From an uncultured Planctomycetia bacterium (GTDB lineage Bacteria; Omnitrophota; Gorgyraeia; Taenaricolales; CAZCCH01): a stretch of 64,000 nucleotides of DNA. Under the pieces are notes generated by a model. The model saw only the letters and a program-made list of their open reading frames with translations, made no database searches and was not told the DNA's origin. Position 1 is the stretch's first letter. Every line of letters starts with the position of its first letter. The position numbers and the translations under genes were made by a program. The DNA is taken from assembly GCA_964497315.1 (NCBI GenBank), contig CAZCCH010000002.1, forward strand, positions 17,519 through 81,518, in the 5' to 3' direction. Shown here piece after piece: positions 57,535 through 64,000 of this stretch.

Positions 57535-57942
57535 TCAATAAGGTCCTTCAAACTTCCAATCACCATCGTGCTCTAATACGACATTGTATGCGTTTCCATC
57601 ATATTTGATCTTGCTGGGACCCACAACCTTTCTCGTGGCAACTGCATTCCAAACCGTACCATTGGCACCTGCTAAAGTATATATAAAATAAAAATCATTC
57701 TCACCAGCACCAGGTGCATGCACAGCTAAATTACCCACGTCTATTGCGTAGTTACTGTTTGCGTGTTCCATTTTATACAACTCTTGTGCAGTTCTAATTG
57801 AACCGAGTATACGCCTGGCCTCTGCCTGCTTTGCCTTTTCCATCATCCTTGCATACTGCGGAACTGCAAGGGTTGCTAAAATACCTATGATTATAACTAC
57901 TATAAGAAGTTCCACTAGGGTAAAACCTTTCTTGTTTAACAT
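57535..57942 (-). CDS. Type IVa pilin (probable major pilin)
   Basis: KKG^FTLVELLIVVIIIGILATLAVPQY; strong SD AGGAGG; promoter TTGACA-18-TAAAAT at 58081-58110. Confidence 0.92.
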   Translation of the reverse strand: MLNKKGFTLVELLIVVIIIGILATLAVPQYARMMEKAKQAEARRILGSIRTAQELYKMEHANSNYAIDVGNLAVHAPGAGENDFYFIYTLAGANGTVWNAVATRKVVGPSKIKYDGNAYNVVLEHDGDWKFEGPY

Positions 57943-58138
57943 TTCCTTCCTCCTCCTTTGTTTTTATATCTCCTTACTTATTCTAAGTTCTTATTAATAT
58001 AACACTTATCATATACTATAATAACATTATTCTTTTCTAGGCCTTCACCTCCTCTCATTATTATACACTGTGACAGTTTTATTTTACCAAAATCACCCTG
58101 TAATTGTCAAGCGAAGAATTTTCTCCTAAGTGCAACAA

Positions 58139-59353
58139 TTACATGGTTGTTGTAGCAATTTTGAATATTGGTAAATACATAGCTGCTACTAAGATGCCTA
58201 CTGTTCCACCCATAACTATCAAAAGCATTGGCTCAAATGAAGCAGTAAGCCTGTCAACAAATGTACCCATTTGGTCTTGGTAATACTTAGCGACTCTATC
58301 CAACATATCGCTCAGCTTACCTGTTTCTTCCCCCACGCTAATCATCTGTGTAACCACCGTTGGAAAAACACCACTTGCCTCAAGTGGTTCAGATATTGTC
58401 TTACCATCTTTAACTTGTTGCTTTACATCTTCTAATACGTTTTCTACGACCTTGTTTCCTACTACCTTGGCTACTATATCTAAAGCAAACAATATAGGGA
58501 TGCCACTTTTTACCAATGTGGCAAGACCGTGTGAAAAACGCTCTATTACTATTGCCTGCATCAATGAACCAAACACAGGAATATGTAGTTTAAGCCTATC
58601 AAACTGTAACCTGCCTGCCTTGGTTGCTATAAGCTTACGGAATAAAAACCCCGAAGCTATAACCCCACCTAAACCTAAGAGAAAATACTTCCTCATTAAA
58701 ATGCTAAATGTTAAAACTCCTTGAGTGAGTGCAGGCATTTGAATATCAAAACCCTCATATATTTCTCCAAACATAGGAATTATCTTTAAGGTAAAAATTA
58801 AGATAGCCCCAACGCAGACAACCAGCAATATAATAGGATAAACAAGTGCTGACTTAATCCTTTTTTGAATCATGCCACTTGTCTCAAGATAGCTTGTTAA
58901 CTGCTCAAAAACAGGTGCCAATTGTCCGCTGGTTTCACCGGTTTGGACAAGATTTACCCAGAGCGAGCTAAATACCTTTGGGTGCTTGGCAATTGCCTCA
59001 TGCAGAGAAAGGCCTCCTTCTATATCTTTGCGCATTTGCTCTGTAGCAAGATATAGCGGTTTTGAACTTACCTGGCCTGTCATTATGTTTAAACTCTTAA
59101 GAAGTGTCACACCGGCATTTAAAAGAGTGGCCATTTGGCGACTAAAGGCCGCAAGCTCATCTGTCGTCAACTTCGACTTTAACTTCCTTTTTACCGTCGT
59201 AGCCTTTTGTTTTTTAGTCTCTGGATTTATTGTTACTACCACAAGACCCTTCTTTTGTAAAATAGACAAAGCTGTATCTAGGTCTACTTCTTCGACTGTT
59301 CCTTTTACAACCTTTCCATCTTTGTCTTTGGCGTTATAAGCAAATTTGGCCAT
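58139..59353 (-). CDS. pilC: Type IV pilus platform protein PilC
   Basis: FSRQMATL, GETSG, ALVYP, GEETGKL, AMYLPIF. Confidence 0.92.
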   Translation of the reverse strand: MAKFAYNAKDKDGKVVKGTVEEVDLDTALSILQKKGLVVVTINPETKKQKATTVKRKLKSKLTTDELAAFSRQMATLLNAGVTLLKSLNIMTGQVSSKPLYLATEQMRKDIEGGLSLHEAIAKHPKVFSSLWVNLVQTGETSGQLAPVFEQLTSYLETSGMIQKRIKSALVYPIILLVVCVGAILIFTLKIIPMFGEIYEGFDIQMPALTQGVLTFSILMRKYFLLGLGGVIASGFLFRKLIATKAGRLQFDRLKLHIPVFGSLMQAIVIERFSHGLATLVKSGIPILFALDIVAKVVGNKVVENVLEDVKQQVKDGKTISEPLEASGVFPTVVTQMISVGEETGKLSDMLDRVAKYYQDQMGTFVDRLTASFEPMLLIVMGGTVGILVAAMYLPIFKIATTTM

Positions 59354-59368
59354 TTTCTTCTCTCCTTT

Positions 59369-61069
59369 TTATCCTTCGTATGCCGCTGATAGCACTTCCT
59401 CTAATGAAGTAACGCCTTCTTCTACCTTCTTGATGCCTGATTGAAAAAGACTCTCCATGCCCTCTTCGCAAGCTACCTTTTTTATACTACTGGCAGGTTC
59501 CCCCTTATAAATAAGATCTCGTATTTTCTCATTTATTGTCAAAATCTCATATATACCCATTCTACCCTTATAGCCTGTCTGCCTACAAGTTTCACACCCT
59601 TTGGCTTTAAAAATCGTTTTTGCCTTTAAGTTGTAATTCTTCACTTCTTCTTCGCTGGGCTGATATTCTACCTTGCACTCAGCACAAAGCTTCCTAATTA
59701 ACCGCTGTGCAACTACCATGAGTATAGAAGAACCTAATAAAAACGGCTCAATACCAAAATCCACTAGTCTTGTTACGGCACTGGGTGCATCATTAGTGTG
59801 CAGGGTAGACAAAACAAGATGTCCTGTTAATGCCGCCCTTACGCATATCTCAGCGGTTTCTAAGTCTCTGACCTCTCCTACTAATATAATATCCGGGTCC
59901 TGTCGCAAGGATGTGCGAAGGCCGCTGGCAAATGTCAACCCTATCTGGGGTTTAACCTGTACTTGATTTATACCTTCGAGTTTGTATTCTACCGGGTCTT
60001 CAATTGTGATGATGTTTTTGTCTGGTTTTGCAATTTCTAAGAGTGTGGCATAAAGTGTGGTGCTTTTTCCACTCCCCGTGGGACCAGTTATAAAAATAAG
60101 TCCATATGGCTTAACTGCAGCAGACCTATAGCGCGTTAAATTTTCTTTAGCAAAGCCCATATCTTCAAGCGTTAACATTATAGAACTTTTATCTAAAATT
60201 CTTATAACTACCTTCTCCCCTGTTATGGTTGGCATAGTAGAAACCCTAAAATCTATTGATTTATTATGCATCTTTACAGTAAAGGAACCATCCTGTGGAA
60301 GACGTTTTTCAGCTATATCTAATTTTGATAAAATCTTAATTCTTGATATTAAAGGATGTACCATTTGTTCTGCGGGAGGGGGAATTTCACATAGTTTTCC
60401 ATCTATCCTGTATCTTAGCTTCATCTTTCGTTCAAAAGGCTCTATATGTATATCACTCGCCCCTGACTTTATTGCCTCCATAAGAATCAAATCAACAAGT
60501 TTTTTAATAGGTGCTGTTTCTGCTTTGGCCATTATTTCATCTAACTTGGCCGTTTCTTCAGTTTTTTCCCCTTCACCTGCAGCTAAGTCATAGGATTTAT
60601 CAACCGCTTCTTTTAGTAAATCTTCCTCACCATAAAAAGTATCTATGGCCTTTCTAATGTCTGCCTTTATGGCTATTACAGGATTTATCTTGCATTTGGT
60701 GAGGTTTTTTATATTATCTATTAATACAATATCATATGGATCTGCTAAAACAAGAGTCAATGTATTACCTTCTCTGGATAATGGTAAAACTAAATTGGCT
60801 CTGGCCACTTCTGCAGGTACAAGTCTCTCAAGGCCTTGCTCCGTTTTAGGAGTCATTAGTCCTTTTTCTAAGGACATATATGGTATTTCAAGCTGCATGG
60901 CTAAGGTTTCAACAATATCCTTCTCAGTCAAAATACCCATTTCTACTAATAAATCACCTAAGGGCTTTTTTTCTCTTTTTTGCCTTGCTAGGGCTTTATC
61001 TAATTGTTCCTGGGTAACTAAATTTGACTTTAGCAATAACTCACCCAGACGCATACCAGATCTTTTCAT
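59369..61069 (-). CDS. pilB: Type IV pilus assembly ATPase PilB
   Basis: RLGELL MshEN motif, ASDIHIEP, GPTGSGKSTT, LRQDPD, zinc motifs. Confidence 0.92.
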   Translation of the reverse strand: MKRSGMRLGELLLKSNLVTQEQLDKALARQKREKKPLGDLLVEMGILTEKDIVETLAMQLEIPYMSLEKGLMTPKTEQGLERLVPAEVARANLVLPLSREGNTLTLVLADPYDIVLIDNIKNLTKCKINPVIAIKADIRKAIDTFYGEEDLLKEAVDKSYDLAAGEGEKTEETAKLDEIMAKAETAPIKKLVDLILMEAIKSGASDIHIEPFERKMKLRYRIDGKLCEIPPPAEQMVHPLISRIKILSKLDIAEKRLPQDGSFTVKMHNKSIDFRVSTMPTITGEKVVIRILDKSSIMLTLEDMGFAKENLTRYRSAAVKPYGLIFITGPTGSGKSTTLYATLLEIAKPDKNIITIEDPVEYKLEGINQVQVKPQIGLTFASGLRTSLRQDPDIILVGEVRDLETAEICVRAALTGHLVLSTLHTNDAPSAVTRLVDFGIEPFLLGSSILMVVAQRLIRKLCAECKVEYQPSEEEVKNYNLKAKTIFKAKGCETCRQTGYKGRMGIYEILTINEKIRDLIYKGEPASSIKKVACEEGMESLFQSGIKKVEEGVTSLEEVLSAAYEG

Positions 61070-61081
61070 AGTTTTTTCCTT

Positions 61082-62680
61082 TTAATGCATATCGGCTTTT
61101 ACATTAAGAAGCTCTGTCTTAATCGCCAACTCATGAGGCGAAATAGGAAGCTCTTGCTCTCTTGCAAACATGTTTAATTCCCCCTTGGCTGTTTTTCCTA
61201 AAGAAGGTAATAAATCTAAGGTGGCCTTTTTTACCTTACCGAGATCTAAGCCAAACTCAGGTCCAAAATCTCTAACTACTTCACTTTCATCTTCTACTAT
61301 ATATGTAGTAATAAAGATTACTATTTCTGAATCATCTTTATCTTTTGATTCACTTTGAAAAATTTTTCCTAAAACCGGTATATCACCCAAAATCGGTACT
61401 TTTCTTTTTGTGATGCTATCCGAAGTAGCAATAAGACCTGCGATGACTATTGTCTCTCCATTTTTCACCATAACAGTAGTCTTTGCATAGCGCTTCTGTG
61501 GATCATAGAATCCGCTAATAGCAGCTGCCTTAACCCTTGAAACTTCAGGCTCTATTGTCATGGTTATATACCCATCTTTATTTATATGGGGGGTTACTTT
61601 AAGAGTTGTACCGACCTCATATCTCTCTGCCGCTTCTGTAGCCTGCGTCATGCCCTCTCCTGCAATTTGAATAGTAGAAGTAGCCACAGCCGCATCCTGG
61701 GTAATCCTCATCTCTGCAGTCCTGTTATCAAGCGTTAGGAGTCTGGGTCTTGCCAGGTATTCTGTGTTTGCATCTGTTAGTATAGCGCGAAAAACACCTG
61801 TAAATGAAGCCAGAGACAAAGTCGCCATTGTAACAGTAGGACTAGCACCTTTTAAAAGACTTTCTTTAAAAGGAAAATGTGTCGAACGCGCTGGCCCAGT
61901 ATATGTACCCATCTGACCTGTACCTGAACCCCAGTCTATCCCAAGATTGTTTAAAGTATCAACGGATACCTCTAGAATTTCCGCAGCTATTAATACCTGC
62001 GGGGTCTTAATGTCTAGCTTGCTAATCATTTCTTCTATCATTGGAAAGCGACTCGGGACATCGGTTATGATAAGGCTATTTGTGCGTGAATCAACAACTA
62101 TCTTGCCATTCTCTGTTAAAAGTTCTTCCAAGACAGCATCTATTGCCTTTTCCTTTCCTCCCATACCTTCTGTCTTCGCCCCTGAAACCGTAGCATAAGC
62201 CATTTTATATATTCGGGTTTCAGTCTCTACTGCGGGTTCACTCGTTGCCTTTAGATAAAAGATATTGCTTCCTTCGGGCTGTTCGTAGGTAAGTTTATTT
62301 GCCCTCAAAATTGCATTCAATGTATCACCAACGCTAACGCTATCTAGGTATAAAGTAACTGTCCGATTCTCTATCTCTTCTGAAGCTACGAAGTTTAGCC
62401 CTGACTCTTGTGAAAATATCTTCAGCAATTGCTTAAGAGGAATATCTTGCAGGTCCATAGATATCCGCGGTTCGGTTTCCTTGGCACTAGAGACCTCTGT
62501 TTCTAACTGTCCTTTTGGGGATAGTGTTACTTCCGGTGGGATTTTTTCACTCTGAGGTAAACATAACGCAGATATACAAAAAACCTGCGTGAACACAACT
62601 GCCATAATACAACTTATTAACCTATAACTCAAATGCCCCCCACGACCCATTTTCCCAAGAAATAATTCTTTCTTTTTCAT
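61082..62680 (-). CDS. pilQ: Secretin, PilQ-like
   Basis: STN domain, PQVLIAAEILEV, VGTTLKVTPHI, KVPILGDIPVLGKIF. Confidence 0.88.
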   Translation of the reverse strand: MKKKELFLGKMGRGGHLSYRLISCIMAVVFTQVFCISALCLPQSEKIPPEVTLSPKGQLETEVSSAKETEPRISMDLQDIPLKQLLKIFSQESGLNFVASEEIENRTVTLYLDSVSVGDTLNAILRANKLTYEQPEGSNIFYLKATSEPAVETETRIYKMAYATVSGAKTEGMGGKEKAIDAVLEELLTENGKIVVDSRTNSLIITDVPSRFPMIEEMISKLDIKTPQVLIAAEILEVSVDTLNNLGIDWGSGTGQMGTYTGPARSTHFPFKESLLKGASPTVTMATLSLASFTGVFRAILTDANTEYLARPRLLTLDNRTAEMRITQDAAVATSTIQIAGEGMTQATEAAERYEVGTTLKVTPHINKDGYITMTIEPEVSRVKAAAISGFYDPQKRYAKTTVMVKNGETIVIAGLIATSDSITKRKVPILGDIPVLGKIFQSESKDKDDSEIVIFITTYIVEDESEVVRDFGPEFGLDLGKVKKATLDLLPSLGKTAKGELNMFAREQELPISPHELAIKTELLNVKADMH

Positions 62681-62743
62681 TTTGCATCATCCTTTCTTTA
62701 GGTTTTTTCTTGGTGGCCAGGTCGGGAGCTGACCAGTTCAAAC

Positions 62744-63268
62744 CTATTCTTTAACTTCGATTAAAAACTTTTTTCCTTTATATAAAAACCATGCTCCTCC
62801 TTTGACTATTTCTAAAACTTCAGCATCGTGTGTCTTTTCACCTATGTGATAGATATTATTATCGATAATGATAGCAGGGCTCTTGCCACCCCAAACTATA
62901 CTCTTAATTGCTATTGGTGGTGGGGTCACCACTACTTCTTCTTTAATAATTGGTTCAGGCTCAGGGATAACTTCAGTTTCTCTTGCATAAAACTTGGCCT
63001 TCAACGCAGATGGTATATCGAAGGCATTTTTACCTTCTTGTTGTGCATAATTATATCTAGGGTATTTGATATCTTTCCGTTTTGGCAGTTGTGCAGTAAG
63101 GGCCTTTGGTAATGTTCTTACTGCCGCAGAACCCTTTGTGGGACGTCTCATTTTTTTCCCTTTAAAAAGAATATTTTTTACAAAAGATAAGGCAAAAAGA
63201 GTTGCTAGAGCAATTACTGCGATTTGCTGTATTTTCTTTTTATCTAATTTCTTTGGCATCTCTACCAT
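62744..63268 (-). CDS. PilP-like bitopic protein
   Basis: TM, Pro-rich linker, IVWGGKSPAIIIDNNIYHIGE; between pilO and secretin. Confidence 0.62.
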   Translation of the reverse strand: MVEMPKKLDKKKIQQIAVIALATLFALSFVKNILFKGKKMRRPTKGSAAVRTLPKALTAQLPKRKDIKYPRYNYAQQEGKNAFDIPSALKAKFYARETEVIPEPEPIIKEEVVVTPPPIAIKSIVWGGKSPAIIIDNNIYHIGEKTHDAEVLEIVKGGAWFLYKGKKFLIEVKE

Positions 63269-63284
63269 AGTTTAAAACCTGTCT

Positions 63285-63908
63285 TTAAGCAACAAAAAAT
63301 CCTTTAAATACAATAACTGCTTCAACCCAAACCTGTCGCCTCCATTTGCTAAGCTCTTCATGCGACATTTCCTGCTTAGTGCGAAACTTCTTATTGCCAC
63401 TTTGCAATTCTTCCATAAGAGATGAATTTATATTCAAACGCTCAACCTCTATAAACTCTCTCTGACTTTCTAGTAAGCTTAAAAACTTACCTAAATCATG
63501 ATAGGCGGACTTGCAGCTTATTTTACATCTAAGATATGTGTATTCACCGGATACAACCGGACTATACGACTCTATTGATTCTATTTTAACGCCCGTCTTC
63601 GCTGCTTGTTGGGTTACCGCAGAGACAAGCCAATCAGTTTTGGCAAAAGGAGCGCTACGTGAACGGTAAGTCTGAATTTCTCTGCGAAAATTTCCTATAC
63701 TATCTACGAGATGATTTATCTGTTGTTGTTTTTTGATTTCAATCTGCAAAGAACTTATTTTTGCCTTTCCTGGTTTATAGATAAGGTTAAAGGCTATAAT
63801 GAATGTCAATAGCGCAATAATACCAATGATCAGAAACTTCTTGCCCTTAATCTGCGTTAGCTTTGCAATATTTATATTTATATCACCGAGTTTTATATTG
63901 TCTATCAT
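63285..63908 (-). CDS. pilO: PilO-like protein (start taken at ATG 63908)
   Basis: TM, coiled coil, YHDLGKFLSLLE; ATGA overlap with upstream stop. Confidence 0.8.
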   Translation of the reverse strand: MIDNIKLGDININIAKLTQIKGKKFLIIGIIALLTFIIAFNLIYKPGKAKISSLQIEIKKQQQINHLVDSIGNFRREIQTYRSRSAPFAKTDWLVSAVTQQAAKTGVKIESIESYSPVVSGEYTYLRCKISCKSAYHDLGKFLSLLESQREFIEVERLNINSSLMEELQSGNKKFRTKQEMSHEELSKWRRQVWVEAVIVFKGFFVA

Positions 63909-64000
63909 TCTATCACGCAAATAATTTTAAATTGCCGAATCTTCACACCGCTAAAAGTAGACTGAGTAACTGATTCTAATTTGATTTCTTTAAACCCTTC
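63905..64000 (-). CDS. C-terminal end of a PilN-like protein (partial)
   Basis: Manual translation EGFKEIKLESVTQSTFSGVKIRQFKIICVIE*; stop overlaps the pilO start. Confidence 0.6.
   Translation of the reverse strand, partial: EGFKEIKLESVTQSTFSGVKIRQFKIICVIE

Noticed and set aside
57980-58060. AGGAGGTGA SD-like sequence and possible 26-codon ORF upstream of the pilins
   Set aside because: No suitably spaced start with a credible product; cannot be supported

Overview
AT-rich bacterial chromosome segment, almost all on the minus strand. The gene content suggests PVC superphylum, probably Candidatus Omnitrophota (inference only). In order, it holds: (1) a dcw cell-wall/division cluster (mraZ to partial ftsQ) with MraZ boxes; (2) rnpB, RNase HI, a zinc-ribbon protein and tRNA-Val(CAC)/tRNA-Ile2(CAT); (3) an ~8 kb insert between rpoD and tRNA-Ile2; (4) rpoD, dnaG, a NIF3-like gene, cvpA and an unannotated 34-aa membrane peptide; (5) a type II secretion-like cluster (GspE,F,G,H,I,J,K,L/M, then a MerR-type HTH, ExeA, GspC-like and a secretin with a TonB_C-like tail); (6) a plus-strand glycosylation/modification island splitting rsmE and mtaB; (7) a MEMO1-AMMECR1 fusion, tRNA-Ala(CGC) and a type IVa pilus cluster. 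The best candidate for an undescribed system is the insert. It carries two signal-peptide proteins built from unrelated cargo domains (GNAT-like, HEAT, HExxH, receiver, TPR) separated by a recurring RF[T/S/A]E motif. Several motif copies are identical at the DNA level, the two genes share a duplicated promoter, and a duplicated tRNA 5' half brackets one of them. This looks like a shuffled, possibly proteolytically processed, exported polyprotein system.
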